Shown one piece after another: positions 19,124 through 29,630 of a DNA stretch of 64,000 bases (position 1 is the stretch's first letter; each line of letters starts with the position of its first letter). This DNA is from an uncultured bacterium. GTDB taxonomy: Bacteria > Auribacterota > Erginobacteria > Erginobacterales > Erginobacteraceae. The notes under the pieces were generated by a model. It had not been told where the DNA came from and did no database searches. It was given only the letters and a program-made list of their open reading frames with translations. The stretch lies in the NCBI GenBank assembly GCA_963822585.1, contig CAWGIE010000019.1:192001-256000 (forward strand), read 5' to 3'. The position numbers and the translations under genes were made by a program.

Positions 19124-20773
19124 TTAACCCAGGATCGCCTTCAGGTCCTCCTCCGGAGTCCCGATCGGCTTGATATCGAAATTCTCCACCAGGACTTTGA
19201 GGACGCCGGGGGAGACGAACGCCGGCAGCGAGGGACCGAGACGAATGTTCTTGATCCCCAGAGAGAGGAGCGAGAGCAGGATCACCACCGCCTTCTGTTC
19301 GTACCAGGAGAGAATCAGGGAGAGCGGAAGATCGTTGACCCCGCATTCAAAAGCCCCGGCCAGGGCCTGGGCGATCTTAACGGCCGAGTAGGCGTCGTTG
19401 CACTGCCCGACGTCGAGGAGGCGCGGTATCCCGCCGATATCGCCGAAGTCAAGCGAGTTGAAACGGTACTTACCGCAGGCCAGGGTCAGGATCACCGTGT
19501 CTTTCGGGGCCAGCTCAGCGACGCGGGTGAAGTAGTTCCGGCCGGGCTTGGCGCCGTCACAGCCGCCGATCAGGAAGAAGCGCTTTATCGCTCCGGCCTT
19601 CACCGCCGCGATGACCTTCTCGGCCACGCCGAGAACCGCCTCGTGAGCGAACCCGACGGTGATGGTCTTCCCCTCCGACTCCTCGAACCCTCCCAGCTCT
19701 TTCGCCTTCGCGATCACCGCCGAGAAGTCTTTCGGTCCGTCCTCGCGGTCAGGGATGTGCTGCACATCCGGCCAGGCGACCAGTCCGGTGGTGAAGACCC
19801 GGTCCCGATAGGAATCGAGCGGCTTCTGGATGCAGTTGGTGGTAAAGAGGATGGCGGCCGGGACACCGTCGAACTCCTTCTGCTGGTTCTGCCAGGCGCT
19901 TCCGAAGTTCCCCGCCAGGTGCCGGTACTTTTTCAGTCCCGGGTAGCCGTGGGCGGGGAGCATTTCCCCGTGGGTGTAGACGTTGACACCGGTCCCCTCG
20001 GTCTGCTGGAGCAGCTCTTCCAGGTCCTTAAGGTCATGGCCGGTGATAATGACGGCCGGTCCCTTCCGGGTCCCCAGTGAAACCGGTGTCGGCTCCGGGA
20101 TACCGAAGTGCTCCCGGTGTCCCTCCGAAAGAAGCTCCATGGCGGTGATGTTTATCTTCCCGCACTCCATGTTCAGGGCAACAAGATCGTCGGCGGAACG
20201 ATCGCCTTCCGCCAGGGCGGCCAGAGCCCGATTGATAAAATCATACACTTCATTCGAGTCGCGACCCAGAATATGCGCGTGGTCGGTGTAGGCGGAGAGC
20301 CCCTTCAGCCCGAAGAGCAAAAGGTGCTCCAGCGAACGGAGGTCATCGGACTTTTCCGGATCGCTCATCAGCCCTACTTCTTCGGCCTGCTCCAGGAGCC
20401 CTTCCCGTCCGGCCGCCGGCTCCCACCAGGCGGCGGGCGGAGTTTCCTCCTCGATAACCCCGGAGGGGCCCCCGGCCAGTTTCCGCGCCCGGCCTTTCAT
20501 CTTCGCCGCCGCCCGGATCAATGTTTCCAGGCGGTCCGGATCGAAGTCGACGTTGGTTATCGTACTGAAGAGGGCCCGGACGATGAATTCGTTCACCTCC
20601 GGGTCCCGTTTCCCCGCCGCCGCGCCGAGGGCGGCATACCAGCCGATCCCCTTCACCGCGTGTATCAGCAGGTCCTGGAGAGCGGCTGTCTCCGGGGACT
20701 TCCCGCAGACTCCTCTTACCGTGCAGCCGGAACCTTTCGCCGTTTGTTCACACTGATAACAGAACATATTCAT
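19124..20773 (-). CDS. hcp: hybrid cluster protein (hydroxylamine/NO reductase)
   Basis: MFCYQCEQT..GC...GVCGK, TGHDL, THGEMLPAH, TTNC, GGCDG, CGKYRFN, GQCND, WYEQKA. Confidence 0.97.
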   Translation of the reverse strand: MNMFCYQCEQTAKGSGCTVRGVCGKSPETAALQDLLIHAVKGIGWYAALGAAAGKRDPEVNEFIVRALFSTITNVDFDPDRLETLIRAAAKMKGRARKLAGGPSGVIEEETPPAAWWEPAAGREGLLEQAEEVGLMSDPEKSDDLRSLEHLLLFGLKGLSAYTDHAHILGRDSNEVYDFINRALAALAEGDRSADDLVALNMECGKINITAMELLSEGHREHFGIPEPTPVSLGTRKGPAVIITGHDLKDLEELLQQTEGTGVNVYTHGEMLPAHGYPGLKKYRHLAGNFGSAWQNQQKEFDGVPAAILFTTNCIQKPLDSYRDRVFTTGLVAWPDVQHIPDREDGPKDFSAVIAKAKELGGFEESEGKTITVGFAHEAVLGVAEKVIAAVKAGAIKRFFLIGGCDGAKPGRNYFTRVAELAPKDTVILTLACGKYRFNSLDFGDIGGIPRLLDVGQCNDAYSAVKIAQALAGAFECGVNDLPLSLILSWYEQKAVVILLSLLSLGIKNIRLGPSLPAFVSPGVLKVLVENFDIKPIGTPEEDLKAILG

Positions 20774-21000
20774 CTCGTACCTCCTTTGAACATCGCCCTC
20801 GCGCAGTCTATCCCGATGTAATCGGGGCGCGGGCCATGTTCTTAAGTGCCTAAAGTTTTAAGTGCCTAAAGTTAAACGCGCTTTTCCTTGTATCTGAACA
20901 CCGTTGCCTGAACTGCAAGCGAAGCGATACGACAATTACTACAAAGAATGCCGGCGGCATTCTGATCCTACAAGTCCTTGAGCGCAGCGAAAGGACGATA

Positions 21001-21336
21001 CTACTTGTGCCTCTCTCTCGGATGCGGGGTCTTGACGATCAGGAACGTCGCGTCTTCCCCGGATTGATTGACGATGTTCATCGGTGTCCCCGCGGCCACC
21101 GGGACCAGGTCGCCCTCCCGCGCCCGGATCTTCTCTCCGGCCCGGTCCACGATCACCTCGCCCTTGACTATCAGGAGGTGAACGTTTGAATCGGCGGTGT
21201 GCGGGGGGACCATCTGGCCCGGTTTCAAGGCGGCCTGCATCAGCAGCAGATAATCCTCGTCCACCAGCTTTCTCTTCCCCATCCCCGCCTGCTGGTACGG
21301 TATTTCTTTCAATACGTTTATCTCCGGCATCATCAC
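21001..21336 (-). CDS. cupin-domain protein
   Basis: LKPGQ.VPPH, IVKGE, GDLVPV..G.P pattern; 111 aa. Confidence 0.8.
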   Translation of the reverse strand: MMMPEINVLKEIPYQQAGMGKRKLVDEDYLLLMQAALKPGQMVPPHTADSNVHLLIVKGEVIVDRAGEKIRAREGDLVPVAAGTPMNIVNQSGEDATFLIVKTPHPRERHK

Positions 21337-21422
21337 CTCCTCTCCCCCGATACAGCGGGGGACCAGTATGATTACGGCGGCAAAACCGCATAAAATCGTT
21401 ATGCTCTTTATTTATCATCATT

Positions 21423-21692
21423 CTACTTATCTCCTTCCCTTATTTGTCCCCGGCGCCGCCGGCCGCGGTCCAGGCGATCATATTTTTCCGCCCCCAGGCA
21501 TTCCCGGGCCGAACCGCACCACTCCCAACAGGAGGGAGGCATCTCCCGGAAGATCACGCCTCCGCAGTCGGGACAATACGCTTCTTCCTCATCAGTCCAG
21601 ATCTCCACCCTCTCTCCGCAGCCGGGGCAGGCGATATCCTCCGCGGAGGCGTGCGTGATAATCTCCGATCCCGGGCATTTGAATATGCTCAT
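21423..21692 (-). CDS. small Cys-rich (Zn/Fe-binding) hypothetical protein
   Basis: CPG, CPGCG..EIWTDE, CPDCG, C..WC....EC; lies within the hcp gene run. Confidence 0.7.
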   Translation of the reverse strand: MSIFKCPGSEIITHASAEDIACPGCGERVEIWTDEEEAYCPDCGGVIFREMPPSCWEWCGSARECLGAEKYDRLDRGRRRRGQIREGDK

Positions 21693-21693
21693 A

Positions 21694-21803
21694 CAAGTTA
21701 GCGCCTCCGGCGCAACTTGTAGTGTGAAGTGTAATGTTTAAAGTGTAATGAAACTTTCCACTTTACACCTTTCACTTCACACTACTTTATTGAAATTCCG
21801 AAA
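21694..21803. repeat. ~110-bp REP/MITE-like element, copy A
   Basis: CAAGTTAGCGCC-loop-GGCGCAACTTG + GTAGTGT..ACACTAC + TTATTGAAATTCCGAA; near-identical to copies at 33524, 36142 (reverse) and 52265. Confidence 0.9.
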
Positions 21804-21871
21804 TAGGTACCTGGCCCTTACATTATTTCTCTCTTTTCCTGGTGCCTTGGTATCTTGGTGGCGACTATCTG

Positions 21872-22708
21872 TTACTTCTTCTCTCCCCTGATACCGATCA
21901 CCACTTCTTGGAAGGGGATATCCTTCCCGGAAGCTTTCAGCGCCTCTTCAACCAGAGTCACGATGCCCCGGCAGCAGGGGACCTCCATCCGGGCCGTGGT
22001 CACGCTCTTGATATCGTGCTGCTGGAAATACCCGGTCAGCCGTTCAAGATACAATCGGTTGTCGTCGAACTTCGGGCAGCCGCAGACCACCACCCTGCCC
22101 CGGAGTAGATCCTCGTGAAAACCGGCATAGGCGACGGGGACGCAATCGGCCGCCACCAGGAGATCGGCGCCTTCCAGGAAAGGCGCTCCCGGAGGGACGA
22201 GGTTGAGCTGTACGGGCCAGTGCCCGAGACGCGACGGCGGCAGGGTCTCTTCTCGATCCGCGTCGTCCGCGTCCGGGGAGGTCCGAAAAACCCGGGCCAT
22301 CGAACCGGGACAGGGAGAGTCACCGGGCTTCGTTTCGCAGGTATCCCCGGTAAACCCCGGTGGAACCGAGATTGCTTTCTCGTCCAGGTAGGCGAGCGCT
22401 TCCCGGAGAAAAGCATCCTGACGATGATCCTTCAGGTGCTGCAGGTGCGCCCGGATAACGTTCTCCCCCCCGAGGACGATATTCTCCATCACCCTCCTCT
22501 CGTCATATTTTTCCGCGGCCCGCTCCTCGACGGTGATCGCTCCCTGCGGGCAGTGGCCGAGACACGCGCCCAGTCCATCGCAGAAGAGATCGCTCACCAG
22601 ACGCGCCTTCCCGTCGATGATACGGAGCGCCCCTTCCGGGCATTCCGGAATGCACTCTCCGCACCCATTGCAGAGCGCTTCATCAATAGTGATAATCTTG
22701 CGTTTCAT
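21872..22708 (-). CDS. 4Fe-4S dicluster protein (hcp-associated)
   Basis: [47 protein letters not shown]. Confidence 0.88.
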   Translation of the reverse strand: MKRKIITIDEALCNGCGECIPECPEGALRIIDGKARLVSDLFCDGLGACLGHCPQGAITVEERAAEKYDERRVMENIVLGGENVIRAHLQHLKDHRQDAFLREALAYLDEKAISVPPGFTGDTCETKPGDSPCPGSMARVFRTSPDADDADREETLPPSRLGHWPVQLNLVPPGAPFLEGADLLVAADCVPVAYAGFHEDLLRGRVVVCGCPKFDDNRLYLERLTGYFQQHDIKSVTTARMEVPCCRGIVTLVEEALKASGKDIPFQEVVIGIRGEKK

Positions 22709-22717
22709 TTCTTCTCC

Positions 22718-23170
22718 TTATGAAGTTCGGGATGATATGTCCCCCCGTTCGGGGGTCAGATCGTCCAGCAGACTCTTAACGGTAATATCTTCCAGCTCTG
22801 AAATAACCCTTTGTTCGATTCCCTTGATCCTCTTACGCAGCGGGCAGTGAGCGCGATTATGACAAAGCCGCTTACGGAAGATACAGTCCGCCAGCTGGAT
22901 CTTCCCCTGGAGAATCCCGATCAGGCGGGTGAGGCGGATGCTTTCCGGAGGAACTTTCAACTTCACCCCACCCCGCCCGCCCTCTTTCGTGGTCAGCAAC
23001 CCCTCTCTGGCCAGAGTCTGCAACAGGCGCCTCAGAAAAGAGAGCGGTATCTTCTCACTCTCCGAGATCTCCCGGGACGGAATAAAACGGTCTTCATGCC
23101 GGGCGAGATAGACCAGAGCCCGGACCGCATAATCGGTGTTCTTGGTTAGCAATTTCATCATTTTTACCAT
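22718..23170 (-). CDS. Rrf2-family regulator with three-Cys Fe-S motif
   Basis: TDYAVRAL, GGRGG, C-x6-C-x5-C; start could be 23170, 23161 or 23158. Confidence 0.9.
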   Translation of the reverse strand: MVKMMKLLTKNTDYAVRALVYLARHEDRFIPSREISESEKIPLSFLRRLLQTLAREGLLTTKEGGRGGVKLKVPPESIRLTRLIGILQGKIQLADCIFRKRLCHNRAHCPLRKRIKGIEQRVISELEDITVKSLLDDLTPERGDISSRTS

Positions 23171-23178
23171 CAACTAAC

Positions 23179-23210
23179 ACTAATATAGTATTAGTATGGC
23201 ACCCTGTCAA
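23179..23210 (-). promoter_or_regulatory. sigma70 promoter with overlapping palindromic operator
   Basis: Minus strand TTGACA-17-TATATT; perfect inverted repeat ACTAATA-TAG-TATTAGT (23179-23195) covers the -10. Confidence 0.75.
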
Positions 23211-23335
23211 GCCCCTTTTTGCTTTTTTCCTCCGTTAAATGAACTGTCGGGAATTCCACCATTGTGATATAATCCGGCCAGTTTCAGCGAAATAGGAACC
23301 GATCCGAGTGTACGGCGAATAAATGGAGGGAAGAA

Positions 23336-24516
23336 ATGAAACCGCGGAAAATAACCGAGAACGTTTCCTGGGTGGGCGCGATCGACTGGGACCGGCAGCT
23401 TTTTGATGCGCTGATCCCGCTGCCCGACGGGACCAGCTATAACTCCTACCTGATTGAGGGCAATGAGAAGACGGCCCTACTCGATACCGTCGATCCCCCG
23501 TTTTCCGGGCTGTTGCTCGAGAAACTGGCCGGGGTGGAAAAAATCGACTACCTCGTCTCCCACCACGCCGAACAGGATCACTCCGGCTCCATTCCTCGCG
23601 TCCTCGAAAAGTATCCGGAAGCCAAGGTCGTCACCAACCCGAAATGCAAAGGCATGCTGATCGATCTCCTCCGGATCCCGGAAGAGAAGTTTATCACCGT
23701 CGAAGACGGCGGAACTCTCTCGCTGGGCAACCTGACCCTGGAGTTCATCTACACCCCCTGGGTCCACTGGCCGGAGACGATGTCCAGCTACCTGAAGGAA
23801 GAGAAGATTCTCTTCTCCTGCGACTTCTTCGGCTCTCACCTGGCAACCACCGATCTCTACGCTTCCAACGATGACCGGGTGGCCGAAGCCGCCAAGAGAT
23901 ACTACGGGGAGATCATGATGCCCTTCCGGCCGACGATCGTCAGGAACCTGGATAAAATCAAGGGACGGGACATCTCCCTGATCGCGCCCAGCCACGGCCC
24001 GATTTACGACCAGCCGCCGTTCATCATCGACGCCTACCGCGAGTGGGTTTCGGACGCCTGTAAAAATTCGGTGGTGATTCCTTTCGTGACCATGCACGGG
24101 AGCACGGGCCTGATGGTGGAGCACCTGCTTAACGCACTGACCGAGCGCGGGATCACCGTTTATCCCTTCAACCTGGCGGTCACCGATATCGGCAAGCTGA
24201 TAATCGCCCTGGTGGATGCCGCTACGATCGTCATCGGCACCCCGACGGTGCTGGCCGGTCCCCATCCATTGGCCCTGAACGCGGCCGCGCTGGTCAATGC
24301 CCTGCGGCCCAAAGCTAAATTCGCCGGCATCATCGGCTCCTATGGGTGGGGGGGAAAACCGTGGAGCAGATTACCGGGGCCGTCTCCCATCTGAAGGTGG
24401 AGCTGCTGGAGCCGATTCTCTGCAAGGGACTCCCCGGGGCGGATGCTTTTAATGCCCTGGACGGATTGGCCGACGACATCGCGGAAAAGCACCAGCAAGT
24501 TGAAGCACAGCCTTAA
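23336..24516 (+). CDS. fprA: flavodiiron protein FprA, one-base frameshift near 24357
   Basis: GTSYNSYL, HHAEQDHSG, HWPE, SCDFFG, APSHG, GSYGWGGK|TVEQ; extended -10 TGaTATAAT at 23265-23273. Confidence 0.9.
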
Positions 24517-24658
24517 TTTGCTGCTTCGGAAACTCCAAGAAAGAGAAATCCAGTAGTGTAGTATCGTCCTTTCGCCGAGCAGGCCGGCGGAGGGGCGCCC
24601 CTTATCTCGATTACCCGGCCTCTTGCCATTATCGTTCTAAGGCGTGCGGTGGGTGCGA

Positions 24659-24687
24659 TTGACAATCCCCTCTCCTTCGATTATCTT
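24659..24687 (+). promoter_or_regulatory. sigma70 promoter for tamA
   Basis: TTGACA-17-TATCTT. Confidence 0.55.
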
Positions 24688-24688
24688 T

Positions 24689-24734
24689 TAATCCGATCCG
24701 TAAATCGGGCAAGCCCGATTTACAGATCGGATTA
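24689..24734. repeat. long palindrome (22-bp arms, 1 mismatch)
   Basis: TAATCCGATCCGTAAATCGGGC-AA-GCCCGATTTACAGATCGGATTA. Confidence 0.85.
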
Positions 24735-24807
24735 GTTTTGAACAATGCCGAAGCATATGCTAACAGCCACGAAGCAAGGTATTGATATATCCTGCTCTTG
24801 TGCAGTT

Positions 24808-26643
24808 ATGAATATTTTTTACCGGATAGCGTGCTTCTTTTTCATCTGCTGCGGGTCGGCACTTCCCGCCGACGATAACGGGGACTGGTCCCCTCCCCCG
24901 TATTCCGTCTCCATCCATCTCCACGGCGAAAAAAGCGACGCTCTCAAGCAGCTGCTCTGGGATGTGTCCACTACCGTCATCGACCGGAAAAATCCGCCGC
25001 CCACCCTGAGCCTGCTGCAGGCGATCGCGGAGGATGACGCCGGGAAGATGGTGAAGGTCCTCCGTGCCGAAAGTTTCTACACGGGAACGGTGCGGCCTGA
25101 TTTCAAAAGGAACAAAAATGATCTCCGCGTCATCTTCTCGGTACTGACCGGGAAGCCGTTCCTTTTCAGTACCGCGCATATCGCTATCGCGGGGGGAGCG
25201 CTCCCGGACACGGTATCGGCCCCCGCCGGCGACGCGATCGGGCTGAAAGCCGGCGAACGGGGAACCTCCACCGCCGTCGTTGCCGCGTCCACGCGGCTTC
25301 TGAAATATTTTCAGAAAATCGGATACCCTTTCGTGAAGATCACGGACCGGCAGGTAGTGGTGGATTACGCGTCTGAAACAGTCTCCGTCGCCTTCACGGT
25401 GGACCCGGGAGAACGGGCTTCCTTCGGCTGGACCACCTTTACCGGGCTGGTGGATGTAGAGCCGGGATTCGTCCGGAAGAAGATCCCCTGGCAGGAGGGA
25501 CAGCTCTACGACCCGGCGCTGGTCCAGGAACTCCGGAACCGCCTCAGCCGGACCGGCCTCTTCACCACGGTTCTGGTCGCACCCGGCCAGAAAGAGGATA
25601 AAACCGGAAAGACGGATAACCGGACCGGGGAGAATACGGATATCCCCCTCGTTCCTCTCCCGGTAACGGTCACTGTCCGGGAGCGCGCCCGCCACACGGT
25701 CGGGGTGGAGGCGGGATACAGCACCGACATCGGCGTCGGGGGGGGCGCCTCCTGGGAGGACCGGAACCTGCTGGGGGAGGGGGAATTGCTGCATCTGGAG
25801 TTTTTCGTCAGCCAGCAGATGTATCTCGGGGAAGGTCGCTTCCGGCTGCCGGAGTTTCTCAGTCCCGACCAGTCCCTGACCCTTGCCGTCCAGCCGGTTT
25901 ATGATAACCCGAAGGCATATACCAGCTACCGGATCCGCAACTCGGCCGTTGTCCAGCGCGACTTCAGCGATGCCTTTTCCGTGAGCGGGGGGGCCGCTCT
26001 CACCCTGGACAGCGTCAAGCAGCTCGACCAGACGAAAGACTATCTTCTTTTCTCGACCCCCGTCTCCGCCAGCTGGAGTCTCGGCGGTGTTCAGCCGTTC
26101 CCCCGGGCGGGCGCCCTTTTCTCCGTGATCGGCGAGCCCTACTACGACCTGAACAGCGATCGCCTCTTCATCAAAACGCTGCTCGACACCAACCTTCTCT
26201 ACCGCTTCCCCGGGGCCGAGTTCCTGACCGCCGTCGGCCGGATCTCCTTCGGGAGTATCCTCGAGGCATCACCGGGAGAAGTCCCGGCCGACCTCCGGTT
26301 TTACGCGGGGGGAGCGAATTCGATCCGGGGATACGCCTACCAGATGGTTGGGCCCCTGGTTAATAAGGATCCGGTCGGAGGGAGATCTCTTTTCACTTTT
26401 TCTCTCGAGGTCGACATCCAGGTGATCGGCGACTTCGGGGGCGCCGTTTTTCTCGACGGCGGCTCCGCCTTCGAGAACGACTTGCCCGGACCGTGGGACG
26501 AGGTTCTGTATGGGACGGGCGTGGGGCTGCGGTACTTCACCCCGATCGGGCCGATCGGACTGGACATCGGTTTTCCCCTCAATCCGCGGAAAGGGATCGA
26601 CGACAATTTCCAGGTCTACGTGAGCATCGCGCAGATATATTAA
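24808..26643 (+). CDS. tamA: TamA/Omp85-family outer membrane protein
   Basis: POTRA motifs (GYPF, L..TGLF), GYSTD.G, RFYAGGANSIRGY, G.GLRYFTPIGP. Confidence 0.88.
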   Translation: MNIFYRIACFFFICCGSALPADDNGDWSPPPYSVSIHLHGEKSDALKQLLWDVSTTVIDRKNPPPTLSLLQAIAEDDAGKMVKVLRAESFYTGTVRPDFKRNKNDLRVIFSVLTGKPFLFSTAHIAIAGGALPDTVSAPAGDAIGLKAGERGTSTAVVAASTRLLKYFQKIGYPFVKITDRQVVVDYASETVSVAFTVDPGERASFGWTTFTGLVDVEPGFVRKKIPWQEGQLYDPALVQELRNRLSRTGLFTTVLVAPGQKEDKTGKTDNRTGENTDIPLVPLPVTVTVRERARHTVGVEAGYSTDIGVGGGASWEDRNLLGEGELLHLEFFVSQQMYLGEGRFRLPEFLSPDQSLTLAVQPVYDNPKAYTSYRIRNSAVVQRDFSDAFSVSGGAALTLDSVKQLDQTKDYLLFSTPVSASWSLGGVQPFPRAGALFSVIGEPYYDLNSDRLFIKTLLDTNLLYRFPGAEFLTAVGRISFGSILEASPGEVPADLRFYAGGANSIRGYAYQMVGPLVNKDPVGGRSLFTFSLEVDIQVIGDFGGAVFLDGGSAFENDLPGPWDEVLYGTGVGLRYFTPIGPIGLDIGFPLNPRKGIDDNFQVYVSIAQIY

Positions 26644-26933
26644 CCACTTAATATAAAGGAGGAGAAATGGAGAGTATGAAGAATAATTGGAAGGGTCAGC
26701 CTATTCCAGTTTGCCGGGCGTTGTTCGTTCCGATCGTACTCCGGCACTGCTTATCACTCCGGTCATCCATATTTAAATACCCGGTAATCATGACAATGTT
26801 TGTATTCACTGATTTGTCCATAATGACAGGGCATCAAGACAGAAGCATCGATAATGACTGTGTTACGGTATAATAAAAACCATCAGTAAAATACCTCTTC
26901 CGTACCCTCCTCCTCCTCCTGGCGCTGGCGGTT

Positions 26934-29630
26934 GTGCTCCTGGGCGTGATTCAGACCCCGGCCGGGAAGCGGCTGCTGGCGGACGGCATTACCGCCCTCG
27001 CGAGTTCGAAAGACGGGTCGGGAGTGACGTTCAGGTCGCTCTCCGGTTTCATCCCCTTCCGCTTCGGCGTCGGCGAATTCAAAATAAGCGACGCGAAAGG
27101 CGACTGGCTGGTTGCTGAAAACATCTCGCTGCGCATGGACCCGGGAAACCTCCTCCTCTTCCGCCTCCGGGCGGAAGAGGTGACCGTCGGGAGGGTCACC
27201 TGGCGGAGGCTGCCGGCGGGCTCTGATGTGGACAAGGAAGAAAAAAAACCGGGAGAAGGTTTCGCCCCCCGGGATATCCCCTCCTTTACCGTTGAGCGCC
27301 TGTGGATAAAAAGTCTGATCGCGGAAGAATCCCTCCCGGGTAAGCGGATTGTCGCGGAGCTGAAAGGCCATGTCCGCAACGATTCGGCTGACGGCGCCAG
27401 CGTCACCCTGGCCCTGAAACCGCGCGGCCGGGACGGCGACAACCTGGCCGTGGCGGGAACGGCGGCGGCTGATCTTTCCTCCCTGGCCCTGGAGATCACC
27501 CTCAATGAAAAAGCGGGAGGAAACCTGGGGAGCCTGTTCATCCCCGGGGCTGACGAACCCATTTCTCTCCAGCTGCACGGCGGGGGGCCGTGGGAAGCGT
27601 GCCGGGTCAGAATGTCGGGCCGGGCCGGGGCAAGCGGTAAACTGGACCTGGATATCACCCTGAACCTGGCCCGGATACTGGCTGAGGGAACACTGAAGGC
27701 TTCCTTCACCGGTCTCCTGGGGATGCGGGCGGCAGGGCAAGGCAGCGGCAATATCTTCGTCCGGCTGGCCGACTCCGACGGCGGTCAGGACATATCGGCT
27801 CAGATCGAAGCCAGTGGCGTGCAATCCTCCTTTGGCGGGGCCGGACACATACTGGCCTCGCTGGATGCGCATGATCTGCTGAGAAGCCCCCGCGGAACAA
27901 TCAAGCTCCTCACGGAGAGAATAGACTACCGTGATACGGGTGCGGCAACCGGCGCTTCCGCCGGAGAGGCAAATTCGGTCGCCGCCCGATGCACTTTCGG
28001 GGAAACGGAGGCCGGAGCCCGGGCGGAAATGGAGGCGCGGATCTCCGGATGTACCCTCCCGGGAACGATCACCGCATCGAACGGGACGCACGATCTCACT
28101 CTCCGGGCCGTCCTGGAAAATAAAAAACTCCGGGTGCGCCTCTCCGGGAAGGAGGATACGGACTTTTTTATAAAAGCGGACCTGACGGCCGGGGCGGAAT
28201 TCTCCCTCGCCCCCTTTGCCTTCCGCCTTGACGAGGACGGACCGTTGGGGGGCGATCTTTCGGCCCGGCTCGATCTTTCTTTTCTCAACAACCGACTGGC
28301 TCTCTCCCGGCAGAGCCTCCGCGGCACCCTGAGTGCCGACCTCACCGCCGGGGGCACCATCCGGAAACCGGAGATCAACGGAGAGATCAGCCTGCGGGAA
28401 GGAGAATATCAGAACCTGAACACCGGGACCGTTTTGACCTCACTGGCCGCACGGTTGAAAATCGAGACTGATGTGCTGGTGCTGGAAGAACTGACGGCCC
28501 GAACACCCCCGCCGCCGGAAACTGCCCTGGGCGGCTGGGCCAGGTTCATCCCGGGGGTGAGTCTTCTCCCGCACCTCGACCAGCCCCGGGAAGCTCCGAA
28601 AGAGGGAGAAATATCCCTGATCGGCCGGACAAAACTCTCACCGGCGGAGGGATTCCCGTCCGCTTATTCCCTCCGGATCCGTGACGCCCTCCTGGCGGAC
28701 ATGGATATTCTGACGGCTACCGCATCCGGGGAGATCGACTTCGATGGGAACCTGGAGGGGAGCCGGCTCAAAGGGAAGTTGACGATCAAGAGGGCGGAAG
28801 GACGCATCCCGAGCAACTTGTCCTCCGGGGTGCCCGAGATCGAGGTCACCGAGATCAACAAGCCGGGGGAAACGGCCGCGCAACGGCCCCCGGCTTCCTC
28901 TCCCTTCCTGAAAACGGTCGCCCTCGATCTTCATCTCACGGCCCCGGAAGATATCTTCATCACGGGCCGGGGACTGGATTCCGAGTGGAAGGCCGATGTC
29001 ACCGCCACCGGAACGGCTGACGCTCCTTCCCTGCGCGGCGGCATCACTCTGCTCGACGGCATCTTTATCTTCATGGGGGAAGAGCTCAAGCTGGAAAACT
29101 GCAGCATCATGATGAGCGGGGGATTCCCCCCGATGCCGCAGCTGAAGATCAATGCCCGGGTCGTAAAGTCCGATATCACGATCACGCTCCAGATTGTCGG
29201 CCCGGTCAACGCTCCGGAGGTGATCCTCTCATCCCAGCCTTCCTATCCGGCCGACGAGATCCTCGCCCGGCTCCTTTACGGGCGCCCGGCATCACAGCTG
29301 ACCGGCCTCCAGGCTTTGCGGATAGCCGATGGCCTCCGGACGCTGCAGGGGAAAGGCGGTCTTTTTGACCGTCTGACCGGCTGGACTTCTTTCCTGGGTA
29401 ATATCCAGGTTGATTTCACGGAGCTGGAGGGGAGCACCGACCAGACCGCGGTCCGGGTCCGGTGGAGCCTGAGCAAAAATTTCTATGTCGAGAACCAGCA
29501 CTCGATCGATGCCCGGGATAATCTCTTCCTGGCCCGCTGGGACTTGACCAGAAGACTCCAGCTCCGCACCCAGTCGGGCTACGGTTTTCTCGGGGATGCC
29601 GCTTATCTGCGTTACCAGTGGGATTACTGA
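26934..29630 (+). CDS. tamB: TamB/AsmA-like translocation module protein; true start uncertain (open frame from 26877)
   Basis: Follows tamA; N-terminal anchor then QTPAGK; DUF490-type GRGLDSEW, LSSQP..P.DEILARLLYG; ends YQWDY. Confidence 0.82.
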   Translation: MLLGVIQTPAGKRLLADGITALASSKDGSGVTFRSLSGFIPFRFGVGEFKISDAKGDWLVAENISLRMDPGNLLLFRLRAEEVTVGRVTWRRLPAGSDVDKEEKKPGEGFAPRDIPSFTVERLWIKSLIAEESLPGKRIVAELKGHVRNDSADGASVTLALKPRGRDGDNLAVAGTAAADLSSLALEITLNEKAGGNLGSLFIPGADEPISLQLHGGGPWEACRVRMSGRAGASGKLDLDITLNLARILAEGTLKASFTGLLGMRAAGQGSGNIFVRLADSDGGQDISAQIEASGVQSSFGGAGHILASLDAHDLLRSPRGTIKLLTERIDYRDTGAATGASAGEANSVAARCTFGETEAGARAEMEARISGCTLPGTITASNGTHDLTLRAVLENKKLRVRLSGKEDTDFFIKADLTAGAEFSLAPFAFRLDEDGPLGGDLSARLDLSFLNNRLALSRQSLRGTLSADLTAGGTIRKPEINGEISLREGEYQNLNTGTVLTSLAARLKIETDVLVLEELTARTPPPPETALGGWARFIPGVSLLPHLDQPREAPKEGEISLIGRTKLSPAEGFPSAYSLRIRDALLADMDILTATASGEIDFDGNLEGSRLKGKLTIKRAEGRIPSNLSSGVPEIEVTEINKPGETAAQRPPASSPFLKTVALDLHLTAPEDIFITGRGLDSEWKADVTATGTADAPSLRGGITLLDGIFIFMGEELKLENCSIMMSGGFPPMPQLKINARVVKSDITITLQIVGPVNAPEVILSSQPSYPADEILARLLYGRPASQLTGLQALRIADGLRTLQGKGGLFDRLTGWTSFLGNIQVDFTELEGSTDQTAVRVRWSLSKNFYVENQHSIDARDNLFLARWDLTRRLQLRTQSGYGFLGDAAYLRYQWDY

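Noticed and set aside
12844..20821. Long opposite-strand ORFs (12844-14391, 16830-18227, 19061-20080 and others)
   Set aside because: They overlap well-supported genes and have no motifs, as expected in high-GC DNA.
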